From Methanobacteriota archaeon (GTDB lineage Archaea > Thermoplasmatota > Thermoplasmata > SG8-5 > JAGLSY01): DNA of 64,000 bases. The notes under the pieces are model-generated. The model had not been told where the DNA came from. It did not search any database and saw nothing but the letters and a program-made list of their open reading frames with translations. Of the stretch, positions 48,701 through 57,738 are shown in pieces. The position numbers were made by a program, and so were the translations under genes. The stretch's first letter is position 1. Each line of letters starts with the position of its first letter. Where the stretch lies: assembly GCA_020696385.1 (NCBI GenBank), contig JAEHCQ010000003.1, forward strand, positions 185,674-249,673. Reading direction: 5' to 3'.

Positions 48701-49272
48701 CAGACTCTTCAGGCAACAGCAAAGAGTCCGTAAGAGTTATCAATGTAAGGATCGGCGAGAGCGCGAACCTTCTCCTGATGGCAGCAACCTTTAACTTTGA
48801 CCCAGAGACCGGAACAAAGGGAAAGGCAACCACCATAACAGTCAACATAACAAACAATGGTGAGCTGAATGCAACAGGTGTCGGCGTCAAGTTCTACATA
48901 AGGGACTCTGATGGAAATGATGCAGAGATGGATGGAACTGTTTCCCTGAAGGTGAATGGAGTTTCAGTGACCACAATAGCACCAGGTGATATCGCAACAG
49001 CAAGCATATCCTGGAAACCATCAAGCAAGGGAACCTACACCATCTGGGCAAATGTCACAACAGAGAGCGAGCATTCGTCACAGTACACCGACAACAACAA
49101 TATCGGCTTCTGGGAATACTCAACATACACCGTTGAGGAATCCGACATGCTGATATACGGTATCATCGCGATCATCGTGATCGGTGGAATCGGAGCCTTC
49201 GTCGGTGCAAAGTTCATCACAGACAGAAAGGAATCCGAGCCAAAGAGTGGTGACAAAAAGAAGAGGAAGTAA
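45775..49272 (+). CDS. Cell-surface protein with carboxypeptidase-regulatory-like repeats, PKD domains, CARDB and C-terminal TM
   Basis: Signal peptide; G.V.D...PI.GA.V repeats; FTWDF/WVWGD/SWDFDNDG PKD motifs; TM plus KKKRK. Confidence 0.85.
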   Translation: MLSGKAGKTMAFMMAFAMVATVIAVFPVNDVSGATIYTITGIVRDDVTGEPIVGVDVAITNSFGVSKADLTDATGTFVIYVGDNTNDFNIYFNMTGYTDEAYEPGITFADFNTTTDTAVYDELLVPLSKVGGTIMIKGTYLPLYEVQVTITDSMETYDPIMTGTDGKFSQYVNDGDVDITYERNGYYFYENSVTVTENTDIEVSMEKIVPEPTIEIRGSISDVDGNAIAGAKVSISSGDDKWISTKTTDVGYYSMMAYPGSFQIKAEKEGFETNINADDNMLVVPSDAEAVWRAIEMVTIPTPEYTVTGTVTDGTNPIVGATVTLVRTDGKYETSTDTDGVGDFDFLYNGTFSVVVEMDDYFTQVLGWNIDNTNDTDVIPDIELTAINNVLVISGFIGDEETQKAIEGADVTLYDNDHIYTLSESSSDNGYYEFNVHNFANFTMVVDADGYQSEIFEIMNIQDSMSKAVWLKQSPKDTITTEYTFVDWTDISVVETTTLIVDNISKRVEIDRMYGRGLLGLGLNNWDISTAEVDDWAEYLKYKGLENKDTAQFLTLDDVHYELSDAVEFIVTVEEALGSVITSSNMINITKTYNYTISDETLLGDDSVGHTLFFGANYDTDIVDMNYEIYLPAGFEMTSSLTETTSVMITGYNDPIMIDTEESPDLLEEITMTLEASEAGNAVAFVSNGLFYELNTSAEGYDVIVSAPQDGVNTELVFSAESSTDPIGDITAANFTWDFIDDGNLSYGMTTKYNYTTAGNYVVPLEITETGGDVTTIDFDVKVDGRVPISNIGIDTTVDNVTLSGTTLTVNQGITITFDGLASYDDVAAAGDKLGVIESWFWVWGDDSTNETITMAGDNFINKTYSTPGQYTLEMTTTDVVGHESVAKELTVIVKDTAAPLIMNILMYDENMVEINDAVQDMKVYLSANDTTDADDFEDLVFSWDFDNDGVDDANGSWISTTFSDIGDVNVTLTATDSSGNSKESVRVINVRIGESANLLLMAATFNFDPETGTKGKATTITVNITNNGELNATGVGVKFYIRDSDGNDAEMDGTVSLKVNGVSVTTIAPGDIATASISWKPSSKGTYTIWANVTTESEHSSQYTDNNNIGFWEYSTYTVEESDMLIYGIIAIIVIGGIGAFVGAKFITDRKESEPKSGDKKKRK

Positions 49273-49293
49273 GTACTGCTTCGAAAAATGAAT

Positions 49294-49352
49294 GAGGAAG
49301 AGAATCTCTCTCTTCCTCCCTTTTCAATTTTTAGTTTTGTTTTGTTTTTTTC
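49294..49352 (+). terminator. Hairpin terminator with long T tract
   Basis: gaggaagaga...tctcttcctc followed by T runs. Confidence 0.55.
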
Positions 49353-49519
49353 TTTAGCAATGCCTTTCATCAATTACATGGAATAGAATATGGATCACAG
49401 TCAGATATGATTCAAAGGCGTGTATGTAGGGGTATTAGATCCACTCAAATATGAAGTATGGGTATTGGCAAGGAAAAGATCATTGAAGTCACCTAATGTG
49501 GAGGAAGGGTGATATCTGA

Positions 49520-50731
49520 TCATCTAAAAATAGAATCAAAGGCCTTGAGGCACTTGACCATAAGCAATTCTTTTTGGGTCAGGCCTTGTGTATCAAAGCT
49601 AGCCTCTTTGAACTCGGAGCATATCAGGTCAATAGCCATGGGATGCCCACTGGTTATGCTATAAATGATATCCAGATCTTCTTCAGGTATCTCCAGACCT
49701 TTTGATGATATCATTGACTGGACCTCAATAGGAGTTAGACCTTCAAGTACAAGGCGATCCACGTCATGAGTCAGGCCTGCTTTCAAAGTACCGATATCCC
49801 TGGTGATAAGAATAAAGTGAGTTGAATCTAATTTGGATGCGCCCTTCATTATCATCATGATGATGTGCATGAGCTCTTTCTGAAGATTGAAGATATTATC
49901 GATGATGATTATTGGTTCCAAGCCGATAACATCTTTCTGGAAAGCCGGAAATGCAAGGGTTGGATCGATATCTCTGGAGCTTCTCAGCATCCTCCTGATA
50001 TCGCCCTTATCAGCCTTAGATAGAAGATCGGACATGGCTTCCATGAAAGTTCTCACATTATCCCATTCATTAGCAGTGAACCAAAGTATGTTCCTATCTG
50101 CTTCATAATCTGCCAGAACTTTCCTTATGAGGGTGGTCTTACCCACGGCCTTGATACCGCTGATAACAGTCACATGGCGATCATTATCGATAAATAATCT
50201 CAACTTGTCCAGTTGTTCAGATCTACCGATCATCGGTACATCCGGTATCGTGGACAGATTAGATATCGGTTTTATCTCACTGCCAGATCGGATACCAAGC
50301 TTTAACTCGGATATCGATCCATAAGAAAATGCATGGAGTATCAACTGCGGAAGTGTTGCTTCGGTCTTTATCGTAAGAGGGACATCGGATATCCTAACCG
50401 TAGACTCCTGGCCATCCTCTAAAATGAGAGATATCTCCTGATCTTTAAGCTCCAATAACATCTGGCTTGCCTTTTTCACTCCGGACTCATTAAGGCTATA
50501 GACTTTTCTTTTTCGACTCAATCCGCCAACATGTGCCAGATGTTCATCGACATAATTATCGTCCAATAATTTCTTGACCGCTCGAGGGATATGATTGATG
50601 CGAATATCAATACCCTCGCTTATCCCTGCCTGGGTCTGGCCCATGGATGCAGAGGTCGTATCGGTGTTCCCCATATAATCTCGTAAATGTAGCAATATTC
50701 GCTCATTCACGGTCAAGTCTGATAATTTCAT
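49520..50731 (-). CDS. Winged-helix + P-loop ATPase (STAND/NB-ARC-like) protein
   Basis: N-terminal wHTH (TQAGISEGI...YSL); IGRSEQL, GIKAVGKT, IIIIDN, ILITR, GHPMAI. Confidence 0.78.
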   Translation of the reverse strand: MKLSDLTVNERILLHLRDYMGNTDTTSASMGQTQAGISEGIDIRINHIPRAVKKLLDDNYVDEHLAHVGGLSRKRKVYSLNESGVKKASQMLLELKDQEISLILEDGQESTVRISDVPLTIKTEATLPQLILHAFSYGSISELKLGIRSGSEIKPISNLSTIPDVPMIGRSEQLDKLRLFIDNDRHVTVISGIKAVGKTTLIRKVLADYEADRNILWFTANEWDNVRTFMEAMSDLLSKADKGDIRRMLRSSRDIDPTLAFPAFQKDVIGLEPIIIIDNIFNLQKELMHIIMMIMKGASKLDSTHFILITRDIGTLKAGLTHDVDRLVLEGLTPIEVQSMISSKGLEIPEEDLDIIYSITSGHPMAIDLICSEFKEASFDTQGLTQKELLMVKCLKAFDSIFR

Positions 50732-50925
50732 GTTCCCTCTCCATCAATGAAGGATTGTGAATATAAGGAATTTGCCCATAGTTTGGAATATAATTCATGT
50801 AATATGAGCATTAATTATTGTTTATAATATTGAATTTTGAGGGCAAAATAGAGGGAGGAAGCAAAAGCCTTAAAAACAAGTTGTACTTTCGGGTTCATCT
50901 GGCAATATAAAAATATCATATGCCA

Positions 50926-50955
50926 GAACAATAATATCACACGCCCCGGTAGTGT
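50926..50955 (+). repeat. 30-bp copy of the tRNA-Asp leader and 5' end
   Basis: gaacaataatatcacacgccccggtagtgt vs gaacaataatatcattcgccccggtagtgt (51023-51052); 2 mismatches. Confidence 0.85.
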
Positions 50956-51039
50956 TTTAACCTCACCTCGGCCCATAAATGGCCCTTCGGATGAGCTTCA
51001 CTACACCCCCGTGGCTGTGAAGGAACAATAATATCATTC

Positions 51040-51115
51040 GCCCCGGTAGTGTAGTGGCCTATCATGGAGCCCTGTCGAGGCTCCGACGCGGATTCAAATT
51101 CCGCCCGGGGCGCCA
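51040..51115 (+). tRNA. tRNA-Asp (GTC), CCA encoded
   Basis: Acceptor GCCCCGG/CCGGGGC; anticodon stem GAGCC-CTGTCGA-GGCTC; T arm GCGGA-TTCAAAT-TCCGC. Confidence 0.96.
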
Positions 51116-51250
51116 CATCCTTCTATCAAAAAATTATCCATTATAATGAATCTATATGAAATTATACAATTATATTAGATTCATCAGAACACAACACTTA
51201 AATATAGATAATAGAAAACATTATATTAGAAAAAACTCATACTATTACTT

Positions 51251-51775
51251 GTGTCAGAGAGAAAGATCCGTGGAAATGTTATCAATAGATATTTGGGATT
51301 CATAAAAAAGACCTGGGGAAAGGATGGAGAGGAACAAGCCAGGAAAGACAGTGGTATTGTGGATATAAATATCTCAGATTCGAATTTTTATAGTAATGAG
51401 ATCATGGTAAGGATACTCCAATGGATATCAGCCAATCATGGTATAGACAGGGTCAAGCAAGCCGGAAAATACACAACAAAGAACCTTGGCCTATTCGCTT
51501 ACATGGTGAGATTCGTGAGTATGGACACCATGCTTCACAAGGCAGAGGAAAGATTCAAAGAGCTCTACAAGTTCGGGGATATCCATATTGAGATATCCGA
51601 TCATAAAGCCATTGCGACCATGAAGGATGTCAGCGAAGTGGAAGAGAACTGCCAGGGCTGGATAGGTGTATTGGAGGCCATGCTGGAATTGACAAAAACA
51701 AAAGGCACTGTCACTCAAACACAGTGCCAGGTAAGTGGCGACGATCACTGCGAGTATGTTGTTGAATGGCAGTGA
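51251..51775 (+). CDS. Hypothetical V4R/H-NOX-like fold protein
   Basis: C-terminal CQGWIG...TQCQVSGDDHCEYVVEW V4R-type motif. Confidence 0.7.
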   Translation: MSERKIRGNVINRYLGFIKKTWGKDGEEQARKDSGIVDINISDSNFYSNEIMVRILQWISANHGIDRVKQAGKYTTKNLGLFAYMVRFVSMDTMLHKAEERFKELYKFGDIHIEISDHKAIATMKDVSEVEENCQGWIGVLEAMLELTKTKGTVTQTQCQVSGDDHCEYVVEWQ

Positions 51776-51852
51776 TATTGATACGTCTTACATTGTATGG
51801 CGAAGATTCTTGATCAGTTAAGGTTCGATGTTCCATTCAATATTTTGGAACA

Positions 51853-52401
51853 TCATAATCGGGGTTTACAAATTATCTCATGTATCTTCATATCCAGAAA
51901 ATCTCTTTGATTTACTGGACTAAGTACGATGGCAGTATCTGCTCCTTTTCCAGTTCCGCCAATGGTCATTATCTCTCCACCGCTTAGAAGTCCCGCATCA
52001 GCCGCCATGAGCGCGATCTCAACACATACCTTTGTTCCCTGGCCAAATAATCTCAGAGTGTCAGCAGCGATTTCCAATGGGTAGATGCCCTGGTACTTTT
52101 TCCTTATGGATCTTTCCGCGCCGCTTAGCGCGTGACTGGTGGTCAGAACAGTCACGCCTTTTGACTCTAATTCGGCCCTTTCCTCTTCATGCATCTCACA
52201 TTGAAAGGGTTTCTTGAAGCCAGCGTGATGAGTAGCTGCGATTATCTTAAAGCCTTCAAAATATTTCAAAGCCAAAAATGCAGTATCGCCGGCATTGGTA
52301 GCTATCACCACTTCCTTCAATCCCAGCTCTTTTGCTCTTTCGGCAGCAAGTCTCACACATTCCTCTGTATTTATCTTTCCGGGTTTGTCAAATGTTATCA
52401 T
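51853..52401 (-). CDS. Pyruvate-kinase C-terminal-like alpha/beta domain protein
   Basis: FDKPGKINT, HALSGAER, FGQGTKVCVEIALMAADAG, GGTGKGADTA. Confidence 0.82.
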   Translation of the reverse strand: MITFDKPGKINTEECVRLAAERAKELGLKEVVIATNAGDTAFLALKYFEGFKIIAATHHAGFKKPFQCEMHEEERAELESKGVTVLTTSHALSGAERSIRKKYQGIYPLEIAADTLRLFGQGTKVCVEIALMAADAGLLSGGEIMTIGGTGKGADTAIVLSPVNQRDFLDMKIHEIICKPRL

Positions 52402-52475
52402 ATTTTCAACCTCGATATGAGGTAGGTAAAGCAAACACCGCAAAAAAATATATCCTATACCTCAATGAACCGCTG

Positions 52476-53399
52476 ATGTCAGCACATGGAGGTCGAAAGG
52501 CCATAATTGCAGCTTTCTTTGCCAATTTCGGGATAATGGTGGCAAAGATAATTGGATTTGTTTTCACAGGTGCGGCATCAATGCTGGCCGAGGCTGTTCA
52601 TTCCCTGGCCGACACATCCAACCAGGGTCTTTTGCTTATGGGAGGAAAGCTGGCAGAGAAGAAAGCAACATCGGATCATCCCTTCGGTTTTGGCAGAGAG
52701 AGGTATTTCTGGTCCTTCATCGTGGCCATGATCATCTTCACCCTGGGATCATTGTTCGCCATATACGAGGGCTGGAAGAAACTGGCACATACCAGCGACC
52801 ACGGCCTTGAATCACCAGAATGGGCGATCCTCATCCTGGTTGTGGCGATCGTTCTGGAGGCATTCTCTCTCAGAACAGCTGTAATCGAATCCCGCCCATT
52901 GAAAGGCGATCGAACATGGTGGGAGTTCATAAAGAAGAGCAAGGTGCCGGAGCTACCAGTGGTTCTTCTTGAGGATGTCGGAGCACTTGTAGGACTTGTA
53001 CTCGCTCTTATCGGAATAGGACTGGCAATGTTGACCGGAGATGCCAGATATGATGCGATGGGAAGCCTGGCCATTGGCATATTGCTTGGTGTGATCGCCA
53101 TAGTACTTGCTATCGAGACACGATCGCTCCTCCTTGGAGAATGCGCATCCGAAGATACAGTGAATGAATTATGCCAGACGATAAAAGAACATCCGCAGGT
53201 CAATCACCTCATACACATGCGGACACAACACATCGGACCCGAGGAATTACTTGTAGCGGCCAAGGTGGAAATGGATGGCCAGATGACAACGGATGCGGCG
53301 GCCAAGGCCATAAATGATCTTGAGAATAAGATAAGGGAGAAAGTACCCATTGCGAAGATGATCTATATCGAGTTGGATGTGTACAAGGAGAATGAATGA
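52476..53399 (+). CDS. Cation diffusion facilitator family transporter
   Basis: MLAEAVHSLAD, HPFGFGRERY, LLED, C-terminal dimerisation domain. Confidence 0.92.
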   Translation: MSAHGGRKAIIAAFFANFGIMVAKIIGFVFTGAASMLAEAVHSLADTSNQGLLLMGGKLAEKKATSDHPFGFGRERYFWSFIVAMIIFTLGSLFAIYEGWKKLAHTSDHGLESPEWAILILVVAIVLEAFSLRTAVIESRPLKGDRTWWEFIKKSKVPELPVVLLEDVGALVGLVLALIGIGLAMLTGDARYDAMGSLAIGILLGVIAIVLAIETRSLLLGECASEDTVNELCQTIKEHPQVNHLIHMRTQHIGPEELLVAAKVEMDGQMTTDAAAKAINDLENKIREKVPIAKMIYIELDVYKENE

Positions 53400-53443
53400 A
53401 CAGATATCACTTCCAGGGCATGAACTTCCAATTTATCCAACCA

Positions 53444-53998
53444 TCACACAGTAAAAACATCGATATGAATGAATTCATCGATATTCTTCCTTGTTGGGCG
53501 ATCCTTTTCCGAAAGTATCTGCTTTTCAGTCATATTTGACTCATCCATAGAATGCTTGCCGATTATCAGTAATGCGATGACAGTCATTTCATCAGGTATA
53601 TCGAGCAGTTGCCTTACTTTCTTTGGACTGAAGCCTGCTATCGGATGTGCGACCATTCCAAGTTCGGTCGCTCTAAGTATCATGTTCATAGTAGCCAAGC
53701 CAGTATCAAAAAGGAAATATTCCCTATCCTTGATCACACAGTCCATTTCCTTACTGCTGAGAACAGCGACCACAAGTGATGCATCATTAGCCCATTCATT
53801 TCCCTGAGAATAGGCTTCTTCGAGACTTTGTAACTTGATCGAGTCCTTGACAAACACATAATTCCATGGCTGCTTATTGAAGCAGGATGGGGCCAGGCTA
53901 GCAGAGCGTGCCAGATCATGTATAAGATCATCGGTGATGTCAATGGGGCCGAGAGATCTGTATGCTCGTCTTGTTTCAATAGCTTTCCTAACATCCAT
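53444..53998 (-). CDS. Nitroreductase family protein
   Basis: IETRRAYR, APSCFNKQPW, DTGLA..LRATELG. Confidence 0.9.
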   Translation of the reverse strand: MDVRKAIETRRAYRSLGPIDITDDLIHDLARSASLAPSCFNKQPWNYVFVKDSIKLQSLEEAYSQGNEWANDASLVVAVLSSKEMDCVIKDREYFLFDTGLATMNMILRATELGMVAHPIAGFSPKKVRQLLDIPDEMTVIALLIIGKHSMDESNMTEKQILSEKDRPTRKNIDEFIHIDVFTV

Positions 53999-54002
53999 AA
54001 TA

Positions 54003-54482
54003 TCAACCCTGAAGCTCGGCCAGCTTTTCTTTAACGGATTCACTATGTCCTTTGACCCTGACCTTCTTCCAGACATGCTTCACAACACCATCCGGATCGA
54101 TCAGGAAGGTGGTTCTGCTTATTCCAAGGAAGGTCTTGCCATACATCTTCTTCTCACCCCACACACCATACTTCTCCATGACTGCATGATCTGCATCGCT
54201 CAATAACTCGATCGCAATATCATGCTTGTTCCTGAACTTCACATGACTCAGGCATGAATCCGCACTTATGCCATATATCAGTGTATTGGCCTTTGTGAGA
54301 TCCTCCAGATCCTTTGAGAAATTAATGGCCTCCAGTGTACAGCCAGGCGTATTGTCCTTCGGGTAAAAATAGAGAATTATCCATTTACCTTTCAGATCTC
54401 CTAGACACACATTTTCTTCTGCCTGATCCGGTAGGCAGAAGTCTGGTGCCTTGTCTCCATTGGAAAGCATGATATCACTCAC
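54003..54482 (-). CDS. bcp: Peroxiredoxin Bcp/PrxQ
   Basis: YFYPKDNTPGCTLEA, RTTFLIDPDG. Confidence 0.93.
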   Translation of the reverse strand: MSDIMLSNGDKAPDFCLPDQAEENVCLGDLKGKWIILYFYPKDNTPGCTLEAINFSKDLEDLTKANTLIYGISADSCLSHVKFRNKHDIAIELLSDADHAVMEKYGVWGEKKMYGKTFLGISRTTFLIDPDGVVKHVWKKVRVKGHSESVKEKLAELQG

Positions 54483-54946
54483 ACTGGCTTCAGTATCTCA
54501 AGTATCTCATTAATATCCGGAAGTTCCGGGATATCATAGACCTTGATGAATATGAGTATGCCTTCTTCGTCAATTATGACATTCACTCTGCCGGAGATTC
54601 CTTTTTCCTCGATGAATATACCCAGTTTCTCTGCCAGTCCGCCATGGGGCCAGAAGTCAGCAAGTAAGCTGGTCTTTGTAATCTCCAAGTCATCAGCCCA
54701 TGCCTTTTTGGATGGGGCTGAATCCACACTTATCCCGAATGCGACCGTGCCATATTCCTCGAACTTATCAAAATTATCATCGAGAGACTTCATCTGCTTC
54801 GCACATACACCAGTCCATGCAAGTGGATGAAAGGATAGTAGTACTTTCTTCCCTCTCAGATCAGAGAGTTTGACTTCTTTTCCATTCTGATCACCAAGCA
54901 CAAAATCCTCGATCTTTTCTCCGATAGGTGGTATCTTCATATTCAT
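54479..54946 (-). CDS. Peroxiredoxin (AhpE-like)
   Basis: FHPLAWTGVC, SVDS, LLADFWPHG. Confidence 0.9.
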   Translation of the reverse strand: MNMKIPPIGEKIEDFVLGDQNGKEVKLSDLRGKKVLLSFHPLAWTGVCAKQMKSLDDNFDKFEEYGTVAFGISVDSAPSKKAWADDLEITKTSLLADFWPHGGLAEKLGIFIEEKGISGRVNVIIDEEGILIFIKVYDIPELPDINEILEILKPV

Positions 54947-55108
54947 TACCTCATTGAAGGCGAAACACTGCATTTTACTTATAATGAGCCACTAATATGT
55001 TAGAATTATGCCATAATATATTTTTAAATAAGATATCGAACGAGAAATAGAGGAAATGATGATTAATAAGGAAATAGATTTAAATAACCTCATTTAATAC
55101 TCGGGTTC

Positions 55109-55639
55109 ATGTATGAAGAATTAAAAGATCTTGAATTAAGAGAGCTTATCGGATATTCTATTTTCTCAGAGCAGGAAGCTGCCAAATTCTATAGAGCCCT
55201 GGTCAGTGATATGGACAAAGACAGTCTTGTCAGGCATAAATTCGAATCGATCGCCAAGGACGAGGATATGCACAAATGGGTGTTGCAGGACTTATACAGA
55301 GAGACATTCGGAGATGAGAACTGGTCATACCCTGAGGGACTGCCTCCTTTCGAATCCATTGTCAAGGTGGAATCTATCGATAATCTTATCCGAGCACTGG
55401 AAGCCGCTATGGAGAACGAGTACAATGCCTTCAAAGTCTACAAATACATGGCCAAGACACACAAGGATCACAGGAAATTGTTCAAATATCTGTCGCATTT
55501 CGAGCACGGCCATTATGATGTTCTGAAGAGAGAGAAAGACCATCTTGAGGACATGATGATGGATGAACCGAACAAGAGACATGAACCTCTTGTTGAGATG
55601 ACACATCACAAGGACTTTGGATTCAGAGTGTTCGAATAG
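55109..55639 (+). CDS. Ferritin-like (rubrerythrin di-iron domain) protein
   Basis: E..A..FY...DEDMH...E...Y...EHGH di-iron pattern. Confidence 0.85.
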   Translation: MYEELKDLELRELIGYSIFSEQEAAKFYRALVSDMDKDSLVRHKFESIAKDEDMHKWVLQDLYRETFGDENWSYPEGLPPFESIVKVESIDNLIRALEAAMENEYNAFKVYKYMAKTHKDHRKLFKYLSHFEHGHYDVLKREKDHLEDMMMDEPNKRHEPLVEMTHHKDFGFRVFE

Positions 55640-55748
55640 ATAAACAAGATATACAAAAAATTAGATTGAGCAAGCTTTTCCTGGCTTGCTCGATCATCTT
55701 ATATTTTTAATTAATTATTTTAGATCATTTCGCCTATTAAGAGAGTGT

Positions 55749-56252
55749 TTAACCGCCGACATGCATCATCGGCCAGTATTCATCATAAGACTCGAAGTTC
55801 AGAGAGTTGTCCCTCTCGATCTCCAGAAGCTTATAATGTCCCCATTCCATGGATGCCAGATATTCCAGATTTCTCTTGATATCCAGTTCCTTGTCGAACT
55901 GCTTGGATAGCTCATTGTAAAAATCCTTCGCGGCTCGCTCGGCTTCCATCGCGCTCTCCAGTACAATGCTCAGCTTCACTCCCTCATCATAGTCTTTCAT
56001 CTCTGGTAAGGGAACTGGTGTCTCCTTTGGCACGACCAATTCTTTGCCGGGAAATGACTTCGCATAGAGACCTTCAAGGAAGCCCTGATGTTTGGATTCC
56101 TCGTCAGCCAGGAAGTTCAGCTTCTCTATGAGAAAAGCATTCTCCACTTTGCTGGCAATGTCCTTGTACTGCGCCGCGCTGTTGATCTCGCTTCGGATAG
56201 CTGAGAGAATTACATCTTCCAGCGTGAATTTGCTTAGATCCACATATATCAC
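55749..56252 (-). CDS. Ferritin-like (rubrerythrin di-iron domain) protein
   Basis: AIRSE, DEESKH, AMEAE..FY, MEWGH. Confidence 0.85.
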   Translation of the reverse strand: MIYVDLSKFTLEDVILSAIRSEINSAAQYKDIASKVENAFLIEKLNFLADEESKHQGFLEGLYAKSFPGKELVVPKETPVPLPEMKDYDEGVKLSIVLESAMEAERAAKDFYNELSKQFDKELDIKRNLEYLASMEWGHYKLLEIERDNSLNFESYDEYWPMMHVGG

Positions 56253-56767
56253 GCCCCGGATACCGGAAAGGCAAATAATGGAGGCCTGGCCCCCATCTCC
56301 TTGTCCAGCATGAAGAGGCCATTGCCTCCATCGCCGATCAACTTCAATTTCTGAACTACCTCATCTGCGGATGCCTCTTCCTCCACCTGCTCCTTTATGA
56401 ACCATTGGAGGAACTGGGATGTTGCATGATCTTTTTCCTCAATGGCCATGTTCATCAGGTTATTGATGAGGCCTGTTACTTTTTGTTCGTGGGCATACGC
56501 CGCCTCGAAGATAGCCAGTGGTGAAGCCCATTCGGTCTGTGGCCCTTCGATCTGCTTCAGGATAGCTCTGCCACCACGCTCGATAACAAAGTCATATAAT
56601 TTCATACCATGATAGAGTTCTTCCTGCGCCTGCGTCTTCATCCACAGGGCGAAGCCGCCCAGACCCTTATTGTCCAGGTCAGATGACATTGCCAGGTAAA
56701 GATAGGATGAATACATTTCCGCATTCACTTGATCCATCAGTGCATTCTGCATTCTTTCGCTTATCAT
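56249..56767 (-). CDS. ftnA: Non-heme ferritin
   Basis: QVNAEMYSSYLY, QAQEELYH, HEQKVT, FLQWFIKEQVEEE. Confidence 0.93.
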   Translation of the reverse strand: MISERMQNALMDQVNAEMYSSYLYLAMSSDLDNKGLGGFALWMKTQAQEELYHGMKLYDFVIERGGRAILKQIEGPQTEWASPLAIFEAAYAHEQKVTGLINNLMNMAIEEKDHATSQFLQWFIKEQVEEEASADEVVQKLKLIGDGGNGLFMLDKEMGARPPLFAFPVSGA

Positions 56768-56775
56768 CCAATCAC

Positions 56776-57153
56776 CTACTGTGTGACCCAAAGTCCGTGT
56801 TTGTTACAGTACTCACGGGCTGTGACTGTCACCGCATCTATGCAGAATAATGCCTCGGGTGCATCACCAGGGTTCAAATGCTGGCGGTATATCTTACCAT
56901 CTGCAATGACCTCGATCCACTCGATGTAATGATCATCTGCCATTGGGTGAAGGGCTGAGCCCACGGTCACTTTTATGCCATGGTCAGTCTTCTCAATGAC
57001 TGGTACGTGCTTTTCCGTTGTCCAGTCCGCTGTCTTCGGGTCCATTAAGATCATATCTGTATCACAACACTGGAGTGCCCCTGGGCCTCCATGTACCAGC
57101 TCGACTATGTTCCCGCACTTCTCACACTTGTATATTTCCATTAACTTTGCCAT
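56776..57153 (-). CDS. dfx: Desulfoferrodoxin (2Fe superoxide reductase)
   Basis: [30 protein letters not shown]. Confidence 0.95.
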   Translation of the reverse strand: MAKLMEIYKCEKCGNIVELVHGGPGALQCCDTDMILMDPKTADWTTEKHVPVIEKTDHGIKVTVGSALHPMADDHYIEWIEVIADGKIYRQHLNPGDAPEALFCIDAVTVTAREYCNKHGLWVTQ

Positions 57154-57268
57154 TTAAACTCCTCCGTTTCACTTCGGAATTTTGAAAACGCGAATGAATT
57201 CGCACTTTCAATCTCCCCCATTTTATTCTTCATTGTTCATTATTTTTTGGAATGTAATTTATTCATTA

Positions 57269-57730
57269 TCATTTCACACAGCTATCGCATCCGCCGCCAC
57301 CACAGGTCATCTCGGGAGAATCCCCATCATCTTCCACTACCTTGCCCTGCTTCTTCCAGTAGTCCTTCACGGCTTCCTGGAGAGCGTCAGCAGCTAAGTT
57401 CGAGCAATGCATCTTCTTGGGTGGAAGTCCATCCAGACTTTCAGCCACATCATTTCTCGTGATCTCCATAGCCTCTTCCAATGTTTTTCCAATGGCCATC
57501 TCGGTGATCATACTGCTCGTGGCAATGGCTGAGCCGCAGCCAAATGTCCTGAACTTTATCTCGGTTATCTTATTGTCCGCGATATTGATGAATATTTCCA
57601 TCACATCTCCGCAAGTTGGATTTCCAACCTTCCCGTAGCCATCAGGATCCTCAATCACGCCCACATTTCGCGGGTTCATGAAGTGGTCCATTACTTTTTC
57701 TGTATATCCTATATCAGTCATGTTCTCCAC
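57269..57730 (-). CDS. iscU: Fe-S cluster scaffold IscU/NifU with a Cys-rich tail
   Basis: YTEKVMDHFMNPRNVG, CGD, GCGSAIA, LPPKKMHCS. Confidence 0.95.
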   Translation of the reverse strand: MENMTDIGYTEKVMDHFMNPRNVGVIEDPDGYGKVGNPTCGDVMEIFINIADNKITEIKFRTFGCGSAIATSSMITEMAIGKTLEEAMEITRNDVAESLDGLPPKKMHCSNLAADALQEAVKDYWKKQGKVVEDDGDSPEMTCGGGGCDSCVK

Positions 57731-57738
57731 TCTCCATC

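Noticed and set aside
55109-56767. Ferritin-like genes as encapsulin cargo
   Set aside because: No encapsulin shell gene or recognisable targeting peptide in the window.
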